NCBI GenBank assembly: GCA_963674945.2
Contig: CAXXWQ010000003.1
Coordinates: forward strand, 160,001 to 224,000
Direction of reading: 5' to 3'
Length of the DNA stretch: 64,000 bases
DNA from: an uncultured Desulfosarcina sp.
GTDB lineage: Bacteria > Desulfobacterota > Desulfobacteria > Desulfobacterales > Desulfosarcinaceae
The position numbers and the translations under genes were made by a program. Under the pieces are notes generated by a model, which was given only the letters and a program-made list of their open reading frames with translations, was not told where the DNA came from and searched no databases. Shown here one piece after another: positions 17,699-27,863 of the stretch. The stretch's first letter is position 1, and the number at the start of each line of letters is the position of its first letter.

Positions 17699-19459
17699 TC
17701 AGATGAACCGCTTTTGCCCCAAGTAGATGAGTATCTCCTGGGCCGCTTCATCGGGGCTCTTTCCCGTCGTGTCCACCCGTACTTCCGGTGACTCGGGAAT
17801 CTCGTAGGGATCGTCGATGCCGGTGTATCCTTTGATGAGCCCGGCCCTGGCCTTGGCATACATCCCTTTCCGATCCCGCTTTTCACAAACATCCAGCGGC
17901 GTTGCCACATGGACCTCCACGAACCCGCCCAAGGCTTCGATGTTGGATCGTATCTCCGCTCGTGTGGCCGCATAGGGGGCGATGGGTGCGCAGATGGCAA
18001 CGCCCCGATTTTTCGTGATTTCGCTGGCCACGAAACCGATTCGCCGGACGTTGATGTCGCGGTGCTCTTTGGAAAAAGAGAGTTCGTTGGAAAGATTCTG
18101 CCGGACGATATCCCCATCCAAGAGCGTGACCGGCCGTTTTCCAATTTCGAGCATCTTTGCGTAAAGCACCCGGGCAATGGTCGATTTGCCGGCACCGGAA
18201 AGACCGGTGAAAAAAATCGTAAACCCCTGTCTGGAGGGCGGCGGGTAGGCCTTTTTCAGCTCCGCCACCACCTCCGGAAATGTGGCCCACCGGGGAATCT
18301 GCCTGCCGCTTCGGATCCGTTCCCGAATGTCCAGGCTGGACAGGGTAATGGTCTCGACGCCGGATGGGACCTCTGCCTTCGGAAAGAATTGGTCCTCAAA
18401 TGGGACATAGACCAACGCATCAAAGGGGATATCCACGATACCGATATCGCTTGCAAATTCCTGGACGAAGGCTTGCGTGTCGTCACTGTCATAAAATGGT
18501 GCACTTCCATTTTGACAGGCCGGATCGGCGTGTCGGTGGCCGATGATGAAATGGGTGCACCCGTAATTTTTCCCGATAATGCACTGAAGCAGTGCCTCCC
18601 TCGGACCTGCCATTCTCATGGAGATGGGCAAAAGGCTGATGATGGCCGACTCCGGCGGGAAATACCCCACAACGTGACGGTAACACCGGACCCGCGTATA
18701 GTAGTCGAAATCTCCTGGACCGGTGACGCCCACCCCGGGAAGCAGCAGCAGGTTGGCCTGCCCTTTCTGCATGGCCCGGATGGCCATCTCGAATTCCGGT
18801 TTGTGGATGGTGTTCGTGGTGTGGAACCCGACGATGCGGCTCCACCCCAATTTTCGGATCAATCCCCTTACTTCGGGAGGCGTCATGCGAAGCTGCTTGA
18901 AGTCGAAATGAAGCGGAAGATTCAGCACCTCCAGCGAACCGCCGACATAGTAATCACCACAATCCTGAAACAGACTACCGACCCCGGGGTGGGATTTGTC
19001 CGTCGTTCCGTAAAGCAGCTGTGCCTCCCTCTCCTTGTCCGGTTTCCAGATATCCTCCACATGCATTATGGCAAGAAGAAAGCCTTCCGGGTCCCGAAGA
19101 ACTACGGATTGCCCCGCCTCCAGCGGCCTGGCGGCTGTTTCGGAGACATCCAGACAGATGGGAACAGGCCAGAGTGTGCCGTCCTGAAGTTTCATCCGAT
19201 CCAGTACGGATTCGTAGTTACTGCGATTCATGAACCCGCTCAGCGGGGAGTAGGCGCCGGTTGTCAATAGTTCGAAATCACAAAGCAAACGATCATCTAA
19301 GGTAACACTGGGAAGATCGGTGGAAATTTTCTTGAGCAGTCTGGCGCGTTCGGGTGCCACAAGCAAATTGACATATTTCCCGCCATGGTAGTCCGCGTCT
19401 CGAGTTCCCTTTTCGGCCATTTTCCCATGATCCTTTGTGGTACACGATTTGTCTTTCAT
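17699..19459 (-). CDS. Sulfate adenylyltransferase/APS kinase fusion; sulfurylase motifs degenerate
   Basis: N-terminal Sat fold (CDFELLTTGAYSPLSGFM, MRMAGPREA, KNYGCTHFI); C-terminal CysC (GLSGAGKST, LDGDIVR, RDRKGMY). Confidence 0.9.
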   Translation of the reverse strand: MKDKSCTTKDHGKMAEKGTRDADYHGGKYVNLLVAPERARLLKKISTDLPSVTLDDRLLCDFELLTTGAYSPLSGFMNRSNYESVLDRMKLQDGTLWPVPICLDVSETAARPLEAGQSVVLRDPEGFLLAIMHVEDIWKPDKEREAQLLYGTTDKSHPGVGSLFQDCGDYYVGGSLEVLNLPLHFDFKQLRMTPPEVRGLIRKLGWSRIVGFHTTNTIHKPEFEMAIRAMQKGQANLLLLPGVGVTGPGDFDYYTRVRCYRHVVGYFPPESAIISLLPISMRMAGPREALLQCIIGKNYGCTHFIIGHRHADPACQNGSAPFYDSDDTQAFVQEFASDIGIVDIPFDALVYVPFEDQFFPKAEVPSGVETITLSSLDIRERIRSGRQIPRWATFPEVVAELKKAYPPPSRQGFTIFFTGLSGAGKSTIARVLYAKMLEIGKRPVTLLDGDIVRQNLSNELSFSKEHRDINVRRIGFVASEITKNRGVAICAPIAPYAATRAEIRSNIEALGGFVEVHVATPLDVCEKRDRKGMYAKARAGLIKGYTGIDDPYEIPESPEVRVDTTGKSPDEAAQEILIYLGQKRFI

Positions 19460-20058
19460 CAGAAACGGAGTTTGAGTCCGAAACGGAATTCATTGTCGTA
19501 CAGTTCCCAATCCCCGGGACCTGACGTCATGTCCATGTCGTAGGCATTGTACTCTGCGACGATGGCCGCATTCTGAACGATGTAGAGGGCCAGGCCGAAC
19601 GTATAGGTAAATACGTTTTCCGTATCGCGAAACGACAGGATCTCAGGAGCATATGCCAGGCCACCATATATTTCGATGGGAATGAACGTCATTTCCCGGT
19701 AAAATGTGTACGACACCCTTGCGGCAAAGGCCAGAGCACCCACATTACTGGATACAAAGGTTTTTTCGGCTTCTCCAAAAAAACCTTTAAACCCCACCTC
19801 TATGCCCATTCCTGGCACCAGGGTCTCGGATCCGACGGCGAAATCCATGTCCAGCCATTTATATTCCATGTTATCTTTATCCACGTAAAGAGCGGCGCCT
19901 CCTGCTTTCCAATAGCCGTTCATCGTATGCTTTTTGTATTGCAGACCGCCATCGATGGAGTGTTCCCCGACCGTCAGTCCCACTTCATATTCGCTGGCGA
20001 CACACCAGCCGACCATGGTGAATTCAAACACCAACAAAAACAGCAGAATCTTTCGCAT
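19459..20058 (-). CDS. YfaZ-like outer-membrane beta-barrel protein
   Basis: Signal peptide, alternating aromatic strands, YAPEILSF, C-terminal FGLKLRF. Confidence 0.7.
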   Translation of the reverse strand: MRKILLFLLVFEFTMVGWCVASEYEVGLTVGEHSIDGGLQYKKHTMNGYWKAGGAALYVDKDNMEYKWLDMDFAVGSETLVPGMGIEVGFKGFFGEAEKTFVSSNVGALAFAARVSYTFYREMTFIPIEIYGGLAYAPEILSFRDTENVFTYTFGLALYIVQNAAIVAEYNAYDMDMTSGPGDWELYDNEFRFGLKLRF

Positions 20059-20243
20059 CTTTTCTCCTTTACGTCCGGATATACCATTGTTGAAGAAACT
20101 GGATCTGTTGAATCTTTGTTGCCCTTTCCATCGTAGGCTATACAACACCTGCGGTAAAAAATTCAATGCCATTAGCATTGCAGTGTCTTACGGAAAGTGA
20201 AGGCGGTCAACCAATTTTTCCGATTTTCCGGATGAACGCTGAT

Positions 20244-21005
20244 CTATGTGCGCATCTTGTATCCAATACGCAAAATGCCGAGACAAACAATGCTCACGAC
20301 AATGAAAAAGAGAATAGAGATGGAAATGCTCAGATGGACGGGTTTGTCCGATACGCCCAGAAAACCGAAACGAAACCCGTCGATCAGATAGAAAAAAGGA
20401 TTGAAGAGGCTGACGTTTTCCCAAAATGGGGGAAGTTTGTTGATGGAATAGAAAACACCGGACAGAAAGGAGAGAGGGAGGACCACAAAATTTTGGAACG
20501 CCGCAATATGGTCCCATTTCTCCGCCAAAATGGCGGAAATCAGACCCAATCCCCCCAAAATTCCCCCTCCGACCATGGTGAAAAGAACCACCATGTCCAC
20601 ACGGGTCACCGGCAAGGTGGTAAAGATCAAACTGGCTGCCCATACGCCGATGCCCACACTCATCCCCCGTATGATGGATGCGCCCACGTAAGCGATGTAG
20701 ATTTCCAACTCGGATAACGGCGACAGAAGCATGAAAATCACGTTACCGGTCATTTTGGATTGAAACAGGCTCGAAGAGCTGTTGGCAAAGGCATTCTGCA
20801 GCACGGCCATCATCATCAGTCCAGGCACAAGAAATACGAGGTACGGCACGTTGGCATAGACCGTCACGTGCTTGCTCAGCACGGATCCGAAAACCAGCAG
20901 GTAAAGCAGCACCGTCACCACCGGTGTAAGGATTGTCTGTATGGCAACCTTCATGAATCGCAACACCTCTTTCACAAAAAGTGTGTACATGCCATGCCAG
21001 TTCAC
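20244..21005 (-). CDS. ABC-2 transporter permease (YadH-like)
   Basis: KEVLRF, PGLMMM, NAFANSSSS, FLSGVFYSI, NPFFYLIDGFR. Confidence 0.9.
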   Translation of the reverse strand: MNWHGMYTLFVKEVLRFMKVAIQTILTPVVTVLLYLLVFGSVLSKHVTVYANVPYLVFLVPGLMMMAVLQNAFANSSSSLFQSKMTGNVIFMLLSPLSELEIYIAYVGASIIRGMSVGIGVWAASLIFTTLPVTRVDMVVLFTMVGGGILGGLGLISAILAEKWDHIAAFQNFVVLPLSFLSGVFYSINKLPPFWENVSLFNPFFYLIDGFRFGFLGVSDKPVHLSISISILFFIVVSIVCLGILRIGYKMRT

Positions 21006-21919
21006 GGTGCGTTTCCTCTCGTCAAAGATAAAAAGACTTCTTCCAGTCCCGGCTCGTGGATGCGCAAGTCGGCAATCCGGCCCCCAGCCGCATTGAGCGC
21101 CCCCAACACGGCACCGATCTGATCGTGTCGTCGATCCAGTCTGAGAATGAACTGCCGGTCGGATTGGGAAATCACCAGTTTCTTCATCTTTTCCGGCAAG
21201 TCAGCGGGCGGTCGAACCATCTCCAATGTCAAGATACGATACGGGCATAGGTTCATTAAATTGGATTTGCTGTCCATGGCGATCAACTGTCCCCGGTCGA
21301 GGATCGCGATTTGCTCACAAAGGGCTTCGGCCTCCTCCAGGTAGTGGGTCGTCAGAACGATCGTATGCCCTTGTTGGTGCAATCGTCGAATAAAGCGCCA
21401 TAGAATCTGTCGCAGTTCCACATCGACCCCGGCGGTGGGTTCATCCAAGACGACGACACGGGGTTTGTGAACCAGGGCCTGGGCAATCAACGCGCGACGT
21501 TTCATCCCGCCGGAAAGGTGATTCATGGTGGTCTTGGCTTTGTCACCGAGGCTGAGAATATCCATCAGTTCTTCGATCCATGTGTCGTTTTGGCGCCCGA
21601 GACCGAAATACCCCGATTGTAGCCGCAACATCTCCCGAACGGTGAAAAACGGATCGAATGCCAGTTCCTGTGGAACGATTCCCAACGCCAGCCGTGCCTG
21701 ACGCCAATGTTTGCGGACATCGTGTCCCATGACGGCAATGGTTCCCCCATCGGCACGACTGAGGCCGGCCATCGTGTTGATCAGCGTCGATTTTCCGGCA
21801 CCGTTGGGACCCAGCAGTCCAAAAAATTTGCCTGTCTCAATGGACAGGCTGACATCATTCAGCGCATTTACGGCCCCGAACGATTTACATACATGATCCA
21901 CCGCTACTGCCACTGACAT
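21002..21919 (-). CDS. ABC transporter ATP-binding protein (YadG-like)
   Basis: GPNGAGKST, LSGGMKRR, LDEPTAGVD, TTHYLEEAE. Confidence 0.93.
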   Translation of the reverse strand: MSVAVAVDHVCKSFGAVNALNDVSLSIETGKFFGLLGPNGAGKSTLINTMAGLSRADGGTIAVMGHDVRKHWRQARLALGIVPQELAFDPFFTVREMLRLQSGYFGLGRQNDTWIEELMDILSLGDKAKTTMNHLSGGMKRRALIAQALVHKPRVVVLDEPTAGVDVELRQILWRFIRRLHQQGHTIVLTTHYLEEAEALCEQIAILDRGQLIAMDSKSNLMNLCPYRILTLEMVRPPADLPEKMKKLVISQSDRQFILRLDRRHDQIGAVLGALNAAGGRIADLRIHEPGLEEVFLSLTRGNAP

Positions 21920-22206
21920 GACAACACCCCCTACCGGTCCCGGGATCGAAATCCGAATGGACTCGAGAAAAGTTGGATTTGGATCCGTTTTTCACAACTC
22001 GCGAAACCGAAACATGACAAGTAAGGCGTCGTCGCGACAATGTCAACGCCGTGGGAAGACAGGGGACTTTTTATTTGGGCTTTTGTATCGGGTGTGGTAT
22101 TCTGTTGAATTAGTATATCTTATTGGAAAATTCATGTTTTCGTCGATAACTCCATGCAAGCTTCGCAAGCTTGGGAACCGTGACCGCATTCGCAAAGGTA
22201 TTTCTC

Positions 22207-23220
22207 ATGGCGACAGACGCACAAGCAATCGCACTACAGATATTACAATCGAATATCCAATTGCCACCGGTTCCAACCGTTGGTGTGCAATTGCTATCCT
22301 TAAACCGTCAACCCATCGAAGAGATCAATCTGTCCAATTTTATCCAATTGGTCGAGACCGATCCAAGCCTTGTCACCCGTCTCCTCCAAATGGCCAACTC
22401 CGCCTATTTCGGTTCCGCCGTTAAAATATCCAGTCTACGGCAGGCCGTCGTCCACATCGGTTTAGAAGAGGCCTTAAGCGCAGTAAGCTGGTATTTTTTC
22501 CAAACAGCCCTGCCAAAATTTCCAAAACTGGAGGGTTTCTCGGGAAAAGACTATTGGTCTCATTCCTGGGCATGTGCGGTTGCCAACCGCATGCTGGGCC
22601 GCCAGGATCTGAACATCGATTGTCTGCCCGGAGAACTCTATATTGCCGGGCTACTGCACGGTGTGGGCAAATTGATACTGGCCCTGCATCGCCCTGCGGA
22701 CTTTCTCCAATGCCTGGAGAATGCAGGAATGTACAACCTGCCCCTTTTTCAGGCGGAGTTGGACATTTTGGGGACAACGGATACGGATATTGCCTATGAG
22801 ATCCTCAAGACCTGGGAATTTCCGGAAAATATCTGCATTGGCGTCAAACACTTCAGCAATCCCGATGCCGCCCCCTTGCAATTTCGACAATTTGCCCAGG
22901 TAACCCAATTTGCCTACTATATCGCCAACACCTCCGGCGTGGGCAATAACGGAGACCTTTTCAGCTTTGATTTGGGAGATACGGTGTTAGGGAAAAATAG
23001 CGATTCACCGCTCTCGGATGAGAACACCAGAAACCGCGTCGTCAAAGATATCTATGATACCATTCGAAAAAAACATGCCGCCCTTTCCGATAAGGAAAGC
23101 GACACGGCGCCACCCTCACCTTCGACGAAAACCGTAAATCGGAATAGTGGTTCGACGAAACGAAAAAAGGCCCAAAAAAAAGTCGGTTGGCTGTCACGAC
23201 TGCTTCAAATTTTCAAATAA
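22207..23220 (+). CDS. HDOD domain protein
   Basis: LPPVP, DPSLVTRLLQMANSAYFG, YWSHS, AGLLHGVGKL, WEFPE. Confidence 0.88.
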   Translation: MATDAQAIALQILQSNIQLPPVPTVGVQLLSLNRQPIEEINLSNFIQLVETDPSLVTRLLQMANSAYFGSAVKISSLRQAVVHIGLEEALSAVSWYFFQTALPKFPKLEGFSGKDYWSHSWACAVANRMLGRQDLNIDCLPGELYIAGLLHGVGKLILALHRPADFLQCLENAGMYNLPLFQAELDILGTTDTDIAYEILKTWEFPENICIGVKHFSNPDAAPLQFRQFAQVTQFAYYIANTSGVGNNGDLFSFDLGDTVLGKNSDSPLSDENTRNRVVKDIYDTIRKKHAALSDKESDTAPPSPSTKTVNRNSGSTKRKKAQKKVGWLSRLLQIFK

Positions 23221-23329
23221 TGCGGTTTGTTTCTCCTTGAAAATCCAGTTTGCTTGCTTACATTTATCCCTCATTTATTCCGATGTCTGGTGCTTCAACG
23301 TTCCATCGAAAAATAAGGAATTGAACTGC

Positions 23330-25228
23330 GTGTGTGGTATACACGGAATCTTTTCGACCCATCTTGACCACCGACGGTTGCGGCGGCGCCTGATCGAAAT
23401 GGGCCGGCGTCAAAAACATCGCGGTCCGGATGATGAAGGACAGCGCATATACGAAGTTCCATACGGACTGCTGGGTTTCGGCTTCGTCCGTCTTTCCATT
23501 CTCGACCTGGAAACCGGTATGCAACCCATCGAACGGCCCGAGACAGGATCTTCCATCATCTGCAACGGTCAGATCTACAACTATGTCGAATTGCGGACCG
23601 AACTTGCCGGAACTCCCTTTTTGACGAAAGGAGACATCGAGACGGCGCTGGTGCTCTATGATCGCCACGGCGTCGATTTCCTTACGCGATTGAACGGAAT
23701 GTATGCCGGTGCCATATACGATAAGCGAAGAAAGCGACTTTTCCTGTTTCGGGATCGGTTCGGGATCAAACCCTTGTACTACACCCTTCACAATGGGCTC
23801 TTTGCGTTCTCTTCCGAGATCAAGCCGCTTTTTTCGTCAAGCAGGGCTCCCCGAAGGATTCGTACCCGTCGGTTGGCGACCTATTTCACCTACCGGTATG
23901 TGCCGGGTGAGCAGACGCTATTCGAGGGCATCAAACGACTTCCGCCCGGTTCGTACCTGGATTACGACTTGGCGACGAACACGTTTACGGTTCATCGTTA
24001 CTGGGACTACCGGCCACAACGAATCGATAGCGACATCGGCGTAGATGATGCCGCAGAGAATTTTTACCATCTGCTCACCGATGCGGTGCGGATACGACTC
24101 CGGTCTGATGTGGAGGTCGGCAGTTTGATCAGCAGCGGCATCGATTCATCCGCCGTGGCGGCATTGACATCGCAAAAAAAACCCGATGTGCAACTGTTCA
24201 CCATCGCCTTCGAAGAAAAAAAATACGACGAGCTTTCCCACGTAAGACGATTCATCCAGAGCGCACCAAGACGGTTTGCCCACACGCAACATCACGTGGA
24301 ACGATGCGGCAAACGGCATCTGGACGAACTTCCACAAATCGTCGCGGCCCTGGAGGAACCCTTGTGCCTCGGCGCGATACTGCCCACCGACCATGTGTGC
24401 CGGATGGCCGGAGAAAAACTTAAGGTGGTCCTCACCGGCGAAGGAGCCGATGAGATATTCGGTGGTTACCGAAAACACCTGATCGAAGCGGCCGCCTGCC
24501 TCTATCCACACTTGGGCGTGAGGGATCGAAAAAAGATGGACGAGCGGTTCCCGGAACTTCGCGATTACATGGCAGTACGCAAACCTGACCCGATGGCCCG
24601 CTATATTCAAAGTGAGCTGCTTTTTGGTGAAGAAGAGCTGGAAAGGCTGCTCGGGGTGTTTTCGGTCGATGATCTGACCCCGACCGAGGCCTATCCCGTA
24701 TTAGACGGCAGCGAACACCCGCTCAACGCCATGATCGCCATGGAGAGTCGTTTCAGACTTCCGGATTATGTCCTCTTGCGGCTGGATAAACTCTCCATGA
24801 GGCACTCTTTGGAGACCCGAACACCGTTCCTGGACTATCGCATCGCAGAGTTTGCCTCCTCATTGCCGGTATCCTACAAGGTAAATTTGGATCTTTTCCA
24901 GGAGAAGTATATCTGCCGGTACGCATTGGAAAAGTACGGCGTAGTCGATCCGCTTACGGCCCGACGGGGAAAACAGCCTTTTACCATCCCACTGGCCGAA
25001 TGGCTGTCGTCACCACGATCTTTGCCGGAGTACATGCAGGAGATCGTAGTCGGCGATCGGGTCGAAAAACAGGGAATCGTCGATGCAAAAATGTTTAAAG
25101 AACTGGTGCACAGCGTATCCACGCGAAACGTCGGTCCGCAAACCCTCGTCTCCAATGCGGACCGTGTTTTTTCCATTGTGATCTTTACCCTCTGGTACGA
25201 TGCTTTTTTTACAACAAGGAACGAATGA
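23330..25228 (+). CDS. Asparagine synthase (glutamine-hydrolysing) family amidotransferase
   Basis: GTG start giving M-C-G-I (Ntn Cys) after an AAGGAA RBS; HRGPDD, RLSILD, RDRFGIKPL, SSGIDSS, TGEGADEIFGGY, DKLSMRHSLETRTPFLD. Confidence 0.9.
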   Translation: MCGIHGIFSTHLDHRRLRRRLIEMGRRQKHRGPDDEGQRIYEVPYGLLGFGFVRLSILDLETGMQPIERPETGSSIICNGQIYNYVELRTELAGTPFLTKGDIETALVLYDRHGVDFLTRLNGMYAGAIYDKRRKRLFLFRDRFGIKPLYYTLHNGLFAFSSEIKPLFSSSRAPRRIRTRRLATYFTYRYVPGEQTLFEGIKRLPPGSYLDYDLATNTFTVHRYWDYRPQRIDSDIGVDDAAENFYHLLTDAVRIRLRSDVEVGSLISSGIDSSAVAALTSQKKPDVQLFTIAFEEKKYDELSHVRRFIQSAPRRFAHTQHHVERCGKRHLDELPQIVAALEEPLCLGAILPTDHVCRMAGEKLKVVLTGEGADEIFGGYRKHLIEAAACLYPHLGVRDRKKMDERFPELRDYMAVRKPDPMARYIQSELLFGEEELERLLGVFSVDDLTPTEAYPVLDGSEHPLNAMIAMESRFRLPDYVLLRLDKLSMRHSLETRTPFLDYRIAEFASSLPVSYKVNLDLFQEKYICRYALEKYGVVDPLTARRGKQPFTIPLAEWLSSPRSLPEYMQEIVVGDRVEKQGIVDAKMFKELVHSVSTRNVGPQTLVSNADRVFSIVIFTLWYDAFFTTRNE

Positions 25229-26149
25229 ATGGGAATCGTCGAAAACGAAGGATTGGTGGTCGACTATACGCGTGAGGTGATTCATCAATTGGAAAAAGGC
25301 ATTGGGGGGAATCGGCGATCTTACGGGTTCGAGTATGAATTTTTGCCCGCCGATACCCTCGGGCCGGAAGACATGGCAAGGATTCACGACCTCTTGCCGG
25401 AGATCGGGTATCGCCACACGAAAGAAGGGTTTTCCTCACCATTCGGATTGCAAGTGGTGTTCGAGCCCGGCGGCCAGATCGAGTTTTGCAGCATTCCCAT
25501 GGCAGGCTGGCAAAAAGAGTTGTTTCATTCGATGATGGAAACCATCGAAAAGACCCTTTCGGCCATCGAATCCCGATTGAATATCGTCTACTTGCCCGTA
25601 GGCTATCTGCCGGGCCGACAGGATGCGCCCCTTTGCCTTACCAGTGAACGGTACGTGAAGATGCACGCCCGGATGCCCAAATGCGGAACCCGTGGGCGGG
25701 AGATGATGAAGGCGACAGCCTCCATCCAGCTGCATGCCGGCATCGACGCCATGGACAAAATCGTTCCCATATTCGCTGCCATGCGAACATTGGCAGCGGG
25801 AGATCGGTTCGGATTCGGGCCGGATCGCAAGGACATCTGGGAAAACACCGACCCCAGCCGTTGCGGTGATCCCTTCGAGGGAAGGATCGACGATCTTTCC
25901 ACCCGCCAGTTGATCGAAACCTATGTACGTTTCGCGCTGAAGGCGGAAGATTTGGGAGAAAATATTCCTTTCGCAACTGTTCCGGATTCCGGTATTGCCC
26001 GTTTCTTCGAACACCTGACCACGATTTTCACCAACACCCGGTTGAATCTCAAAGGTCCGTCCATCGAGTTACGAACAATGGACAGTCTTCCCCTGGACCT
26101 CTTCGCCCGGCGATGGCGGGAATTCATCGACATCATGGATGGGATTTAA
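25229..26149 (+). CDS. Glutamate-cysteine ligase family (GCS2/GshA/EgtA-like) protein
   Basis: [41 protein letters not shown]. Confidence 0.8.
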   Translation: MGIVENEGLVVDYTREVIHQLEKGIGGNRRSYGFEYEFLPADTLGPEDMARIHDLLPEIGYRHTKEGFSSPFGLQVVFEPGGQIEFCSIPMAGWQKELFHSMMETIEKTLSAIESRLNIVYLPVGYLPGRQDAPLCLTSERYVKMHARMPKCGTRGREMMKATASIQLHAGIDAMDKIVPIFAAMRTLAAGDRFGFGPDRKDIWENTDPSRCGDPFEGRIDDLSTRQLIETYVRFALKAEDLGENIPFATVPDSGIARFFEHLTTIFTNTRLNLKGPSIELRTMDSLPLDLFARRWREFIDIMDGI

Positions 26150-27168
26150 GTGTAGTAGGAACGGTACCAGCTTACAAATTGTTCAATACCCGCCGAAAGG
26201 GATGTGGACGGCTTAAACGCCACATCCGCGATAAGATCATCCACATTTGCATAGGTGGCCGGTACGTCTCCCGGTTGAAGATCCATGAAATTCTTGATGG
26301 CCTTTTCGCCAAGGGCCTCTTCGATGGCCTTGATGAAATCCAGGAGTTCTACGGGATTGTTGTTACCGATATTGTAGATCTTGTACCTCGCGTAGGAGGA
26401 TCCCGGATCCGGGGCGTCACCGGACCAATGGGGATTTGGTTCGGGAACCGTCTCCATTACCCGGACGACCCCCTCGACGATGTCATCGATATAGGTGAAA
26501 TCGCGTTTCATCTTCCCGTGGTTGAAGACATCGACGGGCCTTTTTTCGAGTATGGCCTTGGTAAAGAGAAACAGGGCCATGTCCGGGCGTCCCCAGGGCC
26601 CATAAACAGTAAAAAATCTAAGCCCCGTGCATGGCAGATCGAAAAGATGGCTATAGGTATGGGCCATCAACTCGTTGGCTTTCTTGGAAGCCGCGTACAG
26701 TGATACCGGGTGATCCACATTGTGATGAACGGAAAACGGCATCTTCGTGTTGGCGCCGTAGACCGAACTGGACGAGGCAAAGACCAGGTGTTTTACCCCA
26801 TGATGCCTGCAGCATTCCAGTATGTTGACAAATCCTACCAGGTTGGATTGCACGTATGCATGAGGGTTCGTCAAGGAGTATCGAACCCCGGCCTGTGCGG
26901 CGAGATTGACAACGATTTCCGGATCATTTTCCTCGAAGATTCTTTCCAGTTCCTCTTTTTCGGCAAGATTCGTCTTGGAAAAAGTGAATCCGGGTTCGGA
27001 TTGCAGGACTTTGAGCCGATCATGCTTCAAGTTCGGATCGTAGTAATCATTGATATTGTCCACGCCGATGACGCGGCATCCGTTGTCGAGAAGCCGTTTG
27101 GCGAGATGAAATCCGATGAATCCGGCAGCACCCGTGACGAGGGCTTTTTGATATTGCAAACGCATCAT
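26146..27168 (-). CDS. NAD-dependent epimerase, UDP-glucuronate 4-epimerase type
   Basis: [47 protein letters not shown]; start moved to ATG after GAGGAAAAGG. Confidence 0.92.
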   Translation of the reverse strand: MMRLQYQKALVTGAAGFIGFHLAKRLLDNGCRVIGVDNINDYYDPNLKHDRLKVLQSEPGFTFSKTNLAEKEELERIFEENDPEIVVNLAAQAGVRYSLTNPHAYVQSNLVGFVNILECCRHHGVKHLVFASSSSVYGANTKMPFSVHHNVDHPVSLYAASKKANELMAHTYSHLFDLPCTGLRFFTVYGPWGRPDMALFLFTKAILEKRPVDVFNHGKMKRDFTYIDDIVEGVVRVMETVPEPNPHWSGDAPDPGSSYARYKIYNIGNNNPVELLDFIKAIEEALGEKAIKNFMDLQPGDVPATYANVDDLIADVAFKPSTSLSAGIEQFVSWYRSYYT

Positions 27169-27491
27169 CCTTTTCCTCAGAATTGTTATTTTCGGTTTCG
27201 GCTGGAAGTTTGACAGACGATTCATTGAAGTAACCGGAAAAATGTAACATTGCAACGCCCGAAAAACTTCATTTTCGCAGATCGTAGCAGCGATCCCTGG
27301 GATATGCAATTGATCCGTCAGCCATTTTCCATCCATGGACAATTTTCTTATCGGCAAGTCAGAGAAGGACGTAATTCGGACCGATGACGAAAATTGTGTA
27401 AAAAACTTGCCATTTGCAACACATTCGTATATATCACTCAAAATATCCGATAATATCCTAATTATATCAATTTTATGCATAAGAGGCTGAA

Positions 27492-27863
27492 ATGAAAAAG
27501 CCTTTCAAGCTCTTGATCATCGATGATGCCGAAGAGATTCTCACTGCACTGACCAATTTTTTCACTCAGAAAGAGTATGACGTCACCGCAGCCGCAAATG
27601 GTCTTGAAGGGCTGAAACATATCGAGTCCGAAGATGCTCATTTCGATTTAATCATCACCGATCTCGTTTTGCCCAACATCAGCGGTGTCGCCATTATCTC
27701 CATCGTTAAGAAAAAACTTCCCCACACACCAATCATCGCCATCACCGGTTGGGGGGAACATCCGGAATCTCTGGCAAAAGAAGCCCATGCCGACTACGTT
27801 CTGGAAAAACCATTTAAACTGCCTGAGCTGGAAAAGCTCGTGGAAGAGCTATTGAATCGATGA
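27492..27863 (+). CDS. Single-domain response regulator
   Basis: [13 protein letters not shown] (phospho-Asp), AITGW, LEKPF. Confidence 0.9.
   Translation: MKKPFKLLIIDDAEEILTALTNFFTQKEYDVTAAANGLEGLKHIESEDAHFDLIITDLVLPNISGVAIISIVKKKLPHTPIIAITGWGEHPESLAKEAHADYVLEKPFKLPELEKLVEELLNR

Noticed and set aside
17909..19270. 453-aa plus-strand ORF
   Set aside because: Antisense shadow of sat-cysC with no recognisable motifs
23147..23329. N-terminal extension of AsnB in the ORF track
   Set aside because: Ntn amidotransferases need Cys at the mature N-terminus; the GTG at 23330 with an RBS fits
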